Source of the DNA: Octopus sinensis
Taxonomy: Eukaryota
Direction of reading: 5' to 3'
DNA: 64,000 nucleotides
NCBI RefSeq assembly: GCF_006345805.1
Contig: NC_043001.1
Span: 52,452,001-52,516,000, forward strand
In this document: in pieces, positions 1 to 14,600 of the stretch
Position numbering within the stretch: the first letter of the stretch is position 1
How the letters are laid out: each line of letters begins with the position of its first letter
Translations under genes and position numbers: made by a program
The notes under the pieces: model-generated
What the model was told of the DNA's origin: nothing
Databases searched by the model: none
What the model saw: only the letters and a program-made list of their open reading frames with translations

Positions 1-488
1 ATCTATTTTGTTTTTTTTGTGTGGAGGGTTAAATTGGCAACAAAAACAGGACAGTAAAAAAAACGGTAGAGACAAACAGTGAGGGCTGTTAAGCCATACG
101 AGGTGAAATAATGAACGCTGGGAAAACGAGGTTTGAGAAGAGACAGGCAAAAGCACGCCATGTCCTCAGGAAGGAAGGGAAGAAAGAAAGATAGATAGCC
201 GTTCATCACGTGTGAGCAACGAGGGAATCAAGGAGGAAGAGTGAGAGAGAGAGAGGGAATGGTGAAGGGGAAGGAGAAGAATTGGAGAGAGAGTGGGAGT
301 GAAAAACAGAAAGAAAGAAGAACAAGAGAGGGTGGTAGAATAGAGATAGGCTGCAGATTGCATATCGGAATTATTATCATAAAACTTACTTGGAAATGGA
401 TGCGTCGCGTTCGGTCATATAATAAATAATATAATGTGATATAATATATATATGCATATATTATATATATGTATATATATGTATATAT

Positions 489-536
<48 letters not shown>

Positions 537-564
537 TGAGTTGTGGGGTATCGCACGAGGGAAT

Positions 565-3500
565 TATATACGAAAGAAGGTTTGAAAATGCAATTTAAAA
601 GAGGTTATTTACTTAACCGGTTTCACTCTTTGGTAAAAGATGTCAAAAGTAACATTGAATAATATGGGTTCAAAAACGTTTTTTACATAATTGTCACATT
701 GAATATTATGAATTCAAAAATGTTTTTTTATACATAATGTCACATTACATGTATAAATATAGTGTTTTGCTGTCTGCCTGAAGCAGACCTTTCCGTTCTC
801 ACTGCCTGATATTTATGATTGAACTTTCAAATATTTTCTTTCTCAACTTACTCAAGATCTTTTGTTTTTTATAAATGGAGAGAGAGAGAGATAGAGAAAA
901 ATAGAGAGTAAGAGAAAGCGAGGGAGGGTCCGAGAGAGAGGAAGAGTAAGAGAGGGAAAGTGATAGAGAAAGGAGAGAGAAACTAAGCTGGAGAATGGGT
1001 GATAAAAAACAGAAAGGAAGCAACAGAAGTAACAACCACACTCGGGTGACCTTAAGCTAGTCAGAGCGGGTGTCCTTAAGCTAGTCAGTCATATATTTCA
1101 AGTTGAAAAGGCCTGGCGATTCTTAACAGAAGATAAATGATACAACTTCCTATTATAATTTACAAATAAGAATGTATGTCTGTTATAAAGTCATATGTCA
1201 TATTTAATTGTATGTGACTGTTCTGTTATTTTTTATTTCTATTGAATTATTTCATTTTGTTTCTATTTTTACTTTAAGACGCTTTTAAACTAAAAAAAAA
1301 AACACTCATTCTACTTTATAATTTTTTATAATTCAATGCATGAATTCGCGCAGCTGCATCTAATTTATTCTTCAATAAATAAATTGAATATTCTGCCCAA
1401 TGTCAGATGGCCCGAGGGCCTTTCTCTCCCAGGAATGACAAGATGTGAACGAGGACAGGCGAGGTCCCTCCTGAACCTCATCAACACCCTGTACATGGAG
1501 CAGGTAATACTCCAACCAACCAGGGCAGGTAACACACTGGATCTCTGCTTCACAAATGACATGGATCTCATCCATAATGTGAAAGTGACACCGACACTAC
1601 TCTCGGATCACAACATGATAGAGCTGACCATGTACGGGCCAAAAGAGAGCACGGACATGCAGCCTACAAGAAACCCTCAAAATCTTTCCAGCTTGAACTA
1701 CCATAAGGCAAACTGGAAACAAATTGAGAAAGAGATCCTCAAACAAAACTGGCCTAAATGTCTCTCCTCGCAGACATCGACGTGAAACTTCAAACAATTC
1801 ATGTCTGTAATGCAAGCCATATGCTACAAATGTGTCCCAGAGAGAAAGGCCACTGTACACAAGAAAAAATCCCCAGAGAGAGGAAAATTTTAATGAGACG
1901 GCGTACGAAATTTTCAAATCGCCTAAACAAACAGATTGAAAGCAGTGAAAAGTCCCGCCTAAAAATAAAACTGTGGAAATCGAAAAATGTCTGCAACTCT
2001 CCATGAAAAAGAAAGAGCAGACAAAGAAGCCTGGGCTATAGAAACACATAAAATCTAACCCCAGAGCTTTCTACAGGTATGCCAAAGAAACAGCTACAGT
2101 GCACTGTAGAATAGGGCCACTCCTCGAAAAGGATGGCACACTTACAGGAAAACCAATGAGGGTAAGTGAAATACTGAATGAGCAATTCAAGAGTGTTTTC
2201 ACTCCACCCCTTGGGCATCTCCAAATCACCAATCCAACTGACTTTTTTACCACTGCAGATATAAAATCAGAGGCGGCGACGATAGATTACATCGATATAA
2301 AGGAAGACGATGTAACCAAGGCTATAGATGAAATGAAAACAGACTCAGCTACTGGCCCCGATGGATTCCCGGCAATCCTCCTAAAAGCATGTAAGAGAGT
2401 CCTAGCAAGACCACTGCAGTTCCTCTTTCAGAGCTTCCTTGCAGCTGGCAAAACTTCCAGGAAAACTGAAGGAAGGTAAAATATGCCCCATTCATAAAGG
2501 AGGTAGCAGAGCGGAAGCCAAGAACTATAGACCTATCTCTCTGACCTCACACATAAGCAAGGTCATGGAACGAATAGTCAGAAGGAAGCTGATCACCTTC
2601 CTTGAAGAGAATGACTTGCTGCCCCGACACCAACATGGTTTCCGACCAGGGAGAAGCTGTTTAACTCAGCTCCTCAACACTATGACTGGGTGCTGAAACG
2701 GCTGCTCAACCACTCAAATGTGGAAGTGATATATCTCGACTTTGCAAAGGCCTTTGATAAAGTCGATCATGGAATGATATGTCACAAACTGCGTGATCTC
2801 AACATAGTTGGAAAACTGGGAGAATGGCTTCATGACTTTCTGAAGGATAGAAGTCGGTGGTAGTAGCCAATGGGGCCACCTCCATTAACACACAAATAGT
2901 GAGCGGTGTTCCGCAGGGCACTGTTCTGGGACCACTACTGTTCATAATGGCCCTCTCAGACATGCCCTCAGCCACGCAGAGAGCCACGATCACAGGTTAT
3001 GCAGATGATACAAAAGTTTCACAGGCAATACAGAACCCTGAGGACACTAAACACCTGCCAATGTGAGCTGGACGAAATATACAAGTGGGCTGAAAAGAAT
3101 AGCATGCAGTTCAATGCTGGAAAGTTTCAAGCTTTATACTATCAGCATGCAAAACTGAATGCAATACCAATGAATACACTGGACCCGGAGGGATTGCAAT
3201 CCCAGAGGCACAATCAGTGCGTGACCTGGGTATTCACATGAGTGATGACGCGACCTTTCATGTACATGTTGCTAAACTGACAATGAAATGTAGACGGCTG
3301 GCTGGATGGATTCTTAGAACCTTTAGAACAAGAGAACAAAAAACCATGATGGTCCTCTGGAAGACACTTGTCCTAAGCCACTTTGACTATTGCTCTCAGC
3401 TATGGTCACCATCCAGTGTCAAGTTGATCACAGAACTTGAGGCGATCCAACGAAGCTACACAAAGAAGATAGCCTCTATGCAGAATGTAAGCTACTGGGA

Positions 3501-4688
3501 AAGACTCAAGAGATTAAAATATATTCTCTGGAGCGTAGGCGGGAAAGATATGCCATAATATACATCTGGAAGATCCTGGAGGTAGTGTCCTGAACTTTGG
3601 CATCGAGAGTTACGCAAATGCCAGAACTGGGAGCACTGCGTGGTGCCTAGGACTCCAAACCTGCATCAAGATGTAGGACAAGATTCTGTGATAGCCTGGG
3701 CTTCCGAGGCCCACAGCTCTTCAATATCCTCCCGAAGAACCTGAGAGACCTGCATGGGGTGGATACAGATGTCTTTAAAATGAAGCTGGATCTCTTCCTG
3801 TCAGGTGTCCCAGATGAACCAACTTCACGGCAGGAGGGGCAGATGAGGGCAGCTGCATCGAACTCTCTCATGCACCAAATAGCAGTTGCTAGAAAGCCTC
3901 CATGAAGTGAAACCAAGTAGCAACACCAAATGGCGGTGCCCCAGCATGGCCACAGCTCATAAGCTGAAACTAGAATCAAACAATCAATCAATCATTCAAA
4001 GACGCTAAGCATTTCTTATTAAAATTAAATTTTATTATCAAATAGATATATGAATGTATTATATTTGACATTTAATCTGAAATGCGTAATGAAGCGTGCT
4101 AATAATATAAGTATCTTTAAATCACAGAAGCTTTATTAATGTAAGTTGTTCTTATTTCTACAAAATACATGTTGTCAATATGAACATAGACAGCCGTTGA
4201 TATAAATAGTAAATGATTATAAATAATTTAGATATACAAAATTATTTAAAATAAGCAAAGTACCTCAAAATTATGAAGTTTTGAATTACATGGAGAAATA
4301 AAGAAATACTGGAAATAAAGTAACACCCCGAACACATACAGAAATAAACGGCTTGAATTTTGAACAAATTAATTGGCTGGTAATAATATTAGCAACTGTA
4401 AAGCCGATATAAACAAAAGCATAAGGCTAGTGGCTAAGTTGAATATATTGGTGTTCAGAACGAAAAGGTATATAAATATACCAAACACTATATTTATACA
4501 TGTAATGTGACAATCATGTATAAAAAAACATTTTTTAATTCATAATATTCAATGTGACAATTATGTAAAAAACGTTTTTGAACCCATATTATTCAATGTT
4601 ACTTTTGACAATCTTTTACCAAAGAGTGAAACCGGTTAAGTAAATAAACATCTTTTAAATTGCATTTTCAAACCTTCTTTCGTATATA
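565..4688 (+). mobile_element. Penelope-like element remnant bounded by ~200-bp inverted repeats (565-767 / 4483-4688), interrupted by a CR1 LINE
   Basis: 565-767 is the near-exact reverse complement of 4483-4688. Each arm holds a decayed hammerhead motif (ttactt TTGACAA tcttt..aaaga gt GAAA ccgg TT aagtaa). Both ends lie at or near (TA)n. Inverted pseudo-LTRs with hammerheads are typical of PLEs. Confidence 0.6.
1394..3993 (+). mobile_element. 5'-truncated CR1-clade LINE (end of APE domain + RT, frameshifted)
   Basis: ORF pieces: PTRAGNTLDLCFTN..LSDHN, GPDGFP, KNYRPISLTSH..QHGFRPGRSC, SGVPQGTVLGPLLF..YADD, RDLG..DYCSQLWSP. 3' structured tail followed by (CAAT)n. Candidate 4-bp TSD ATTC at 1390-1393 / 3994-3997. 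Confidence 0.93.
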
Positions 4689-4918
4689 TATATATATATA
4701 ATATATATATATATCAAATGAAGGTAAAGTCAGAATAAAAGTTCTTTGTCTTAGCAGAATTAAAGTAATAGTACATAATTTTTGAGATTTATATGGAGTC
4801 TAAATTATGTAAAACATCAAATAGAATCATAAATCGATATTGCATCTGCCATCTCACATGCACTCATTTACTAACAATAACGGAACTTAAGTCTGCGCCA
4901 TTTTAATATATTGGAATT

Positions 4919-5165
4919 TTACGAAGTGTTATAAAACAACGTCGGACTGTTTATGTTTAATAAAATACCTTGTTTACCGAGGTTTTGACATCGTTACCTT
5001 CGAGATAGTCACCTTGCGCCGCAATACACCAGTTCCAGCATTCCTGCCACATTTGGAATCAGGTCTGGCAGTCATTTTCCGTGAGTCGAGAACTTTCTAT
5101 GATTCACTGTTGATTTCGATAACCGTGTTAAAACGGGAACCTTTAAACTGCATTTTCATCCTGGG
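4919..5165 (-). mobile_element. mariner transposase C-terminal fragment with terminal region
   Basis: Minus strand reads PRMKMQFKGSRF..EINSES and, after frameshift, ..CIAAQGDYLEG, matching the mariner C-terminus. Confidence 0.7.
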
Positions 5166-5671
5166 TGAAGAGATGAGAGTAAAACTAAACACATCAGGAA
5201 CAATTCAACATATAACATATTTTGTCAGATCTTGGATTATTAAATATATACATCACCAAAATACTAATACCAATTAAAAAATATTTATTACTCTAAATAT
5301 TTTTTATATTTGCATTAAAATGCATTTGCAACGCGTTAATATGTTTAAAATGCGAAAATTATGCACATTGTACATTGTACACATATTTCTCAAAGAACGG
5401 ACATCTATTACATTATTAAATAATTTTCTAATTGACGTTTGAAGTCATTTTGCATGTAATATTAATCACTCAATATAACTAACGATATTTTGAACATTTT
5501 GTAATATTTGTCTCTATATATAATATATAACATGCACGCGCGCGCACAGACTCACACACACTCACATATATCCATATATACTACATATGTATATATATAC
5601 ATTCACATATATTTATATATGTAGTATATATGAATATATGTATCATACAAATGTATATGTTAAACTATATA

Positions 5672-5749
<78 letters not shown>

Positions 5750-6020
5750 TGTAATTCACTTTTAGTTTGCATATATTAAAGCCCACACATATACACACAA
5801 AATTTCCATAGTAAGCATGAAAAATGCCGCTTCAATATACAACGAAGCTATTTTTATATATGTCAGTACGTATGTGTATGTATGTGGAGATACGTGGCTT
5901 AATGAAAGACTTTGCGAGGTCATATCGTACGATTGTGGTTAGGATTCCGTACCAGACGATTGTGTGATTTCGAACAGAATAATTCATTACGCGCTTCTCC
6001 AGACCCATATAAGTGGAATC

Positions 6021-6064
<44 letters not shown>

Positions 6065-6250
6065 ATATATATAATGTGTTGTGTGTGTGTATGTTTATAT
6101 ATGTAATTCTAGATACGTATATATATATATATCTATGTATGTATACGTATGTATGTATATATACGTATATATATATATACGATTATATATACACACACAC
6201 ACATATATATATATATGTATATATATATATATTATGTGTGTGTGTGTGTA

Positions 6251-6520
6251 GAACAAAAATGCAGATTGAGAAAATCACATCTCCGATTGTAGAATTCATC
6301 GCAGAAACCCGGTAATTGTCTCTATTGTGTTAATATATTTAGACATAGAAAATATCAATGATATTTTGTATATCTAAATATGATAACGCATAATTCAAAT
6401 CAGTATATGAATGATAATTTCTATATCTAAATATGCTAACAAAATAGAAACTATTGTCGGCTTTGTATGGTGAATTCTACAAGTGAAGATGTGCTTTTTC
6501 TCTATTCTTATCTTTGTTGT
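6251..6520. repeat. diverged fold-back (MITE-like) inverted repeat
   Basis: ~6251-6355 (tgtagaattcatcgcagaaacc..tttagacatagaaa) is the imperfect reverse complement of ~6415-6520 (tttctatatctaaa..gaattctaca). Confidence 0.7.
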
Positions 6521-6779
6521 CTAATGCTCTGAATTTCTTGCAATTTTTCTAAATGAAAGTTGAATATACTTGTCATTCATGAGGCATTACCTTGGACGTT
6601 TATTCAACTTGCATTTAATTGTGTTTCATTGTTTGATATAGTTTAACCAAATTCGTTTAAAACTGAATGTTTTGTTGATATTGCCCGGATTATTACATCC
6701 CTTTTTCTTATTATTACGCTCACACACACTCATATATTTATATATATATATACATACAGAAAGACACATACTATATATA

Positions 6780-6818
<39 letters not shown>

Positions 6819-6832
6819 TATATAGATATATA

Positions 6833-6877
<45 letters not shown>

Positions 6878-6878
<1 letters not shown>

Positions 6879-7227
6879 ATAAGGGCTCAGTAAAATAAAT
6901 TACTTTGCCACATACTGAACTCATTAGAAATAGCAGCTAAAAAAATTTCTTCAGCTATTTCTAATACTTAAAGAAGATCTCTCTCAGATAGTGTTTGCCT
7001 AAACTATGGGGGAAAAAACATTAAAAAATCAAGTGCAAAGGTTGCAAATAACCTTTGCACTTGATTTTTTAATGTTTTTTCCCCCATACTTTTGTGAGTT
7101 AGTTTAGGCAAACACTATCTGAGAGAGATCTTCTTTAAGTATTAGAAATAGCTGAAGAAATTTCTTTAGCTGCTATTTCTAATGAGTTCAGTATGTGGCA
7201 AAGTAATTTATTTTACTAAGCCTTTAT
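6878..7227. repeat. ~350-bp near-perfect palindrome in (TA)n
   Basis: Arms are almost exact reverse complements about a 6-nt centre (gcaaat, 7044-7049). The right arm has one short insertion (~7089-7102). Confidence 0.92.
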
Positions 7228-7391
7228 ATATAATGTAATATTTTGAATTCGCCTATAATGGTCCCTTTACATACTGAATATTGGTGAAATTGATTAATAA
7301 TTAATTAATTTTACCCTCAATTGTTGAAATTATATATAATATATATATATATGTATGTGTATATATTATATATATATATAATATATAATAT

Positions 7392-7433
<42 letters not shown>

Positions 7434-7962
7434 TATATATATAGATATATATATTATAACATGAGATAGGGTTGAAAATTCACCCACAATTTCAAACTAC
7501 TAGCCAATCGAATTAATCTAAATTATCATTACCCAGTGGTCAGAATTTCTAAACTCATAGTTATTTCGATCTTGAAAGATGGGACTTGGTGCAAACATAA
7601 CTGTATCTATTATTATTATTATTATTATTATTAATATTAATGGTAATTTTTATTGACTTTTATAGCTTATAATTTTATGAACTGAACCATGGTTTTAATT
7701 ATTATTTTTCATCTCCCTATGTGTTAGCTTTTTTTAAAAACTATTAGCCAAATATGTATAATAACTGTGCTTATTAATATTAATATATACACTGATATAT
7801 ATTTTGTTTTATTTTTTCTGTTTACCTTGCATTATTGTACCAATGAGTATTATATTATATAAGTGTAGCATTATGAAGTTTATGCATAAGTTTTTAATTT
7901 TACATTTTTATATTTTTATAGTTATATGTATATGGATAAATACTTTTTTTCCAATTATAAAC

Positions 7963-8088
7963 AAATTAATTCTCTGAAGAGGCCGTGGGGCATCCTTGTT
8001 AATGCCTCATTTATACCTGCCTTTATGGCTTATAGGTTAAATGAGGGATGACTGCCCTCGCTGCCGAAACAGCTGTCAGATTTGATTT
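7963..8088 (+). ncRNA. type I hammerhead ribozyme with long helix II, in a Penelope-like 3' end (~7455-8260)
   Basis: tct CTGAAGA (7974-7980) ggc..gcc GAAA (8066-8069) c-agct-g TC aga. Intact core, palindromic minimal helix III, and helix I extending ~10 bp. Confidence 0.8.
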
Positions 8089-8260
8089 AATTACATATTA
8101 TATTTGAAATTTTATACTTATATCTCTTTGTCTATTACATTTACTGTATATTTTGTATAATGCCTTTACTGATATGTAATGGTGTAATAAAGTATTGATT
8201 GGGTATCATCTGATAGTTGATGTTTTATTGATTTAAGTATGTTTCTCCATTTTCTAATTT

Positions 8261-8338
<78 letters not shown>

Positions 8339-9153
8339 TACAGGTGGTCTTTTTCAATTTGTTGAAATATTCCAAAGACAGAAAGAGGCTTTATGTTTGT
8401 CAAAGTCGATTTTATGTAATTCATGATATTACACTATAACGAAGTCATTTTTTTGTCTTTACTTGTTTACAAATCTTTAAATTAGAATTGGTTGGCGAAA
8501 TGAAAAGGAAATTTGAAATCGGTTAGTTGAAATATTATTTTATCAATGTTTATATGATATTCAAAAATATTGATATAACGTTGACATCGGTATAATGAGT
8601 ACGTTAAACAAAATCGATCTCCGCAAGGTTTGGAAAAGAGAGACTGAACTAAACACATCAACTAATTTCCTCAGAAGTCTATTGTTTCTATATTTAGTCG
8701 TTCTAGGAAATGTAATTATAAGTGACATGTCTATGTGGTTTAATCAGAAAATTATATGAATTAGTGGTTTCACTAATACAAAAAATTGTATTAGTGGAAT
8801 AAGAATGCAAGATGTAGATTAAGAGGGCAAAAACATTTCAGGAAGATTTTTTCCTGTCTTACATTATCGATATTATAACAAACATTAAGACTTCCATGCA
8901 GAATCCACGTAGAACGTTTCCGTAGAATTACAATTTTCGGCACTATTAATGCAATAATATATCACTTGATGCAGTAATGTATATGATAATTTTCATTAGA
9001 TTCTTATTACTTTTTTCTTTTCCATATAACAGGGGAGGACATAATAAAATCATGTTTACATATCTGTTTTGCAAGATTCTTGATGTGAAACCATGTGTTT
9101 AAACATATATTGTTATATTTGGGGATCGTCATTTTACCAATAAGCACATACAT

Positions 9154-9184
<31 letters not shown>

Positions 9185-9269
9185 TGTATACATGCATACA
9201 TACATACATACATACATACATACATACATACATACATACATACATACATACATACATACATACACACAC

Positions 9270-10005
<736 letters not shown>

Positions 10006-10019
10006 ACATACATATATGA

Positions 10020-10078
<59 letters not shown>

Positions 10079-10538
10079 CATATATATATGCGTGTGTGTG
10101 TGTCTGTGTGTGTATGTGTGTGTGTGTGTGTGTATAAATATGTATGTATATATTTATACATCCACATATATTCATATATATATATATATATGTATGTACG
10201 CATGTATGTATGTATATTAAATGATGGATAGGGAAGACAGAGTGAAATGAGATTGTTAAATTAGCACGACGATTGTTTCTCTTTATATTTGCACTGGTGC
10301 CTAATAGGTGGGTAACGAAATATTTGAATCCAAATGCTGAAGATCCTCATTAGTTTACGTAATACGTTACAGTGTTATAATATGTACATTTCGCTACTGT
10401 ATGTGGCAGGATAAAGTTATTCTATCGGTCTCTTTTGCCGGACATCAGTCTGCCGACCAGCATTGTCCTCTGATGTCATACTGTCACGTCGTGGCTCTTT
10501 GTTTTGCAGAGCTTCTGTCCTATTCGTCGAGTTTTGCG

Positions 10539-11030
10539 ATGACTGAAACGAATGAACAGCGTGCTTCCCTGAAATTGGGTTTTCTGCTGGGGAATACAGT
10601 GGCCCAAATAGTTGCCATGCGTCAAACAGTTTACAAGGCTGTTTCCATGAGCACAAGCGTCGACGTGTGGTTTTCATGCTTTAGGAATGGTAATTTGTCG
10701 CTTGAAAACAATCTCGTTCAGCATGAGCGTCGACGTCCCGGACGAATGAAAACATCATGAAAATTCATGAACTGCACTTGGTGTACCGTCACAGGAACAA
10801 CTGAAGAACTTGTTGATATGATTGATGTGTCCTGGAGCCCCTGTCCACGAATTTTGCGTGCTGAATTGCGAATGAAAAAAGTTGCAGTAAAATGTGTACC
10901 CCGCTTGCTCACAGACGCTCAAATGCAGTCAAGACTAAATGAGTGTCGTGAACTGAAAGAAACATTTGTAAGTTCTCTGGACCCTTTTTTCGAAAGCCAT
11001 CACTGGTAACTAAAGCTGGTGCTGCGGAAT
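10539..11030 (+). mobile_element. mariner transposase N-terminal fragment
   Basis: EQRASLKLGFLLGNT..VWFSCFRNG and MKKVAVKCVPRLLT (WVPxxL-like), followed by a degenerate ITGDE(S)W motif. Confidence 0.85.
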
Positions 11031-11156
11031 CCCGGCTTCTTTTGAGTATCTCTTGGTATGTATATTTATAAAAACTTATATTTATATATACATCTGCGCT
11101 AACACACGCAAGCGCGCACACACATAGATACACGCACAAACACACACATATACACT

Positions 11157-11328
11157 TTAGCTGTGTAGTATGAAGCGTGCTTCCCTACCACATGGTTCCG
11201 GGTTGAGTCCCACTGCGTGACGCCTTCGGTAGATGTTTTCTACCAAAGCCTTGTGAGTGGATTTGGCAGACGAAAATTGAAAGAAGCTCGTCGTATATAT
11301 ATACATACATACATATATATATATATAT

Positions 11329-11360
<32 letters not shown>

Positions 11361-11386
11361 ATATCAATCTATATCTATCTATATTG

Positions 11387-11424
<38 letters not shown>

Positions 11425-11635
11425 ATGTATGTGTGTGTGTTTGTGTGCCTGTGTTTGTACACTCACCATCGTTTCACAGCCGATGTTGGTGTGTTTACAT
11501 CACCGTGAATCAGTGGTTCGACAAAAGAAACCGATGCAATGAGTATTAGGCCTACAATGAATAAGTCCTGGGGTCAATTTATCCGACAAAAGGCGGTGCT
11601 CCAGCATCGCCACACTCAAATGACCGAAGCAAATA
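11157..11635 (+). mobile_element. tRNA-derived SINE, family A (tail continues at 14755-14775 beyond an inserted LTR element)
   Basis: Similar along its length to the intact copy at 62159-62570: tRNA-like head, internal (TA)/(TG) tract, ggcggtgctccagcat tail. Confidence 0.85.
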
Positions 11636-14600
11636 TATTGGTTATATATAGTGAGTATAGTCACTGTTGATGTGGCTGTGTGTATATTATTACAAGAGTT
11701 CATATAGCGATGAGGAATAAATTCCTATGTAAATGAACTATATATTCACTACATGAAAATATATTTTATTTACTGGTCGATGATGATACATAATCAAAAT
11801 GTACAATCTATCATAGTTGAATGAAGTAATATCTGCAAGAATGTTCAGAGATAGGAAATATAGAAATAACAGCTAAGTGGTTGTTTTCAGTCATGTGGCG
11901 TAGAGAAATAGACGGACATAGCATCGACGTAAATGGTTCTAAGTCTAATCGACTAAAAAGCGAAGAGCAGAGTTAGCAAGCTATTTTTATTAATGGAATG
12001 CTAGACATTCTAGAAACTTTCAAGAGAAACGCTAAGCTTCTTGAATAATTAAGAATCATGTCTCATTACACAGATGAAAGGGAGGCTATCCTATAATATT
12101 TCTTGCAAGGGAGTTTATTCAACTATCAAGCTACAGCTACACACGCCCTAGGCAGAGGTAACGGTATGCAATAACGAAAACAACAAAAAATATATACATC
12201 ATAAAATGTCAAAACTTCATGAAAATAAAATGAAAAAATGCAATATTTTAGGTGCAAACTTCTGTAAGGTATGTGTGTGTACATGCAATATAGACGTAAA
12301 GAAAATTGTGCATCTCGGGAAACAGAATCCAAGGAAATGTATAGAGAGCAGGATTTATTCGCGTGAGTCTGAACAGCAGTGTCGTTTTGCGTGCGCAGAC
12401 TGCAGAAAATGCCAGTCAGAGAGTGACTGAGGCAGAGTGTGTGTGTGCACATGAGTAGCAAAAAACGACAGTGACATGCTGGCGCGTTGTAAAAGAGAGG
12501 CAACTTTCTATGTATAACGTGACCATCCAGGGGTCTAATAGAGTTAAGTTGTGTCTTTACAAGGGTTGGTGTGCATGAGAAAGTAACACAAAAGTATGGT
12601 ATATGGTGCATGTGTATAACTGGGTGAAGGCATGCAAGCGTGTGTGCGAATGTTGAGTCAATTATACAAATATAGAGAAAATTAGTAAAAATATATTTAT
12701 ACGTCAATAGATGTCCTGAAAAATTAAAAATTAAGTGATATTCAAAACTAAGTAAACGCAAAGGAAAGTGAACAAATAGATGAAAGAGCAAGCAACAGAA
12801 ATGCCAAACTATGCGCAAGCTACGGAAAAGTTCCAGTGTATGTGCAAGTGTTCAAGTTACTTCAAGTCATACAAGTTTTAGAAAGTCCGGAGAAATTGAA
12901 TCCAACGATGCGAAACTACAGTAAGTTATGTATATACATGATATACATGATATACATGATATAGCGCACGCATACAGAAAGTGACAACAGTAGTGCAAGG
13001 TATTGTCAAAGTACATGCAGGAAAATTCTTCTGAAAAAGTTTAGTACGTCGAGAAATTAAATCTCGCAACTTCATATAAAAAGAAAATGACAATATGACA
13101 AAAGCTGTAACGCTGAAAGTTAGCAATGAACTTGCAGTGGTAAAAGTTGAGCTGGCACGAAGGTGATCATGAGAAGCTGGACTTGTAGTGGTAAAAACGG
13201 TGTAAGCCATACACTCAACAAAGTAGGATGTTGAAATGAGCTGTTTATTGTACTTGCGATGAGAAATATTAACAAATCTAGGATTTGAAACTTTCATATG
13301 TAAACTGGTTGAATTATTGTTTCAGGATGAAATAAATTTTAGTGGCGTTGTTGGTATCGTGAAGGAAGAAATGCTGTTTATTTAAAATGTCGATGGTCGA
13401 GCGTTCCTCAAGTTCAAAAACGTCGCGTAATGGATACAATGTTTTCTGAAGATTGGTAAATGGTTATCCCAAAATATGGCTATAGCGAATAGCAATCATG
13501 ACAGGGCACCGAGTTTGAAAATAAGGTACAGAAACATCGAGAAACGTTGACTCAAGTCGCATGTCAAAGGTGAGAGAAAGAAGATTTCCGGTCCAGAAAT
13601 TCCAACTTCTTGCAACTTCTGGCGAACGGAGCTGAAAAAAGTGGCGAAGAACATGGGATGAAAAAGTTGCTGTACAGTTGAAAACGTTTCAAGTTTCCTC
13701 ATTCTCCGGTCGTTAGAAACAGAAAAATTACTTTTGAAACAGAGTCAAAAATTCACAACAGCAGTATTAAATAATAAATATGTGGCGAAATTGTAAACTT
13801 GACTCGAACAGCAGCTCAAAAGAACCGAACTTGGTACGAGGGTGGATCATGGTGGTAAGAAAACTCATCATAGATGTCGAAAGCAGCGAAAGGAACTAGA
13901 AAATAGCCATACTGTCGAGTTACAAGAAATTGAATCACTTAGAAATATACATGGTCAGGAAATTAACTCAGCAAATACCAGTATAAGATTCGACTGTTGT
14001 TTCTAGCAAAAGGTGATGTAAACGACGTTATCAAAGCTCAGGAGTAGTAGTGAGAGTTGATAAATGTACGTCAAAAGCGTTCTCACAATCCATATGTTGA
14101 AAGACAAAACTGAGCTGTAACAGGCTTGATTACATAGTTTTCTGACCGCAAAATTGTTTTGCAATATTATAACATGGAAGACAAAATTGACAAATGTTAA
14201 TAGTTTTGCTGTTAAAAAGCTGACGTCGGAGGTCACCATGTCACATCAGGGTCACCAATTTATGTTGTGGTTATATATATTCAGTACTAAGTGTTGATAT
14301 GGCTGCGTGTATATCATTACAATAGTTCATATGCAGATGAAGAATATATTTTAGAACTATATATTTGCTACATAAAAATATATTTTATTTACTGGCCGAT
14401 GATGATACATAATCACAATGTAGAATCTAGTTGAATGAAGTAATCTATAACAAGAAAGTTCAGAGATAGGAAATAGAGAAATAACAGCTAAGTGGTGGTT
14501 TTCAGTCTTGTGGCGTAGAGAAATAGACGGAAATAGTAATGACGTGAATGGCTCTAAGTCTAATCGACTAAGAAGCGAAGAGCAGGTTAAACAAGATGTT

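Noticed and set aside
12126-12818. 230-aa minus-strand ORF inside the LTR element
   Set aside because: No gag, pol or env motifs; Cys/His/Phe-rich composition typical of non-coding DNA.
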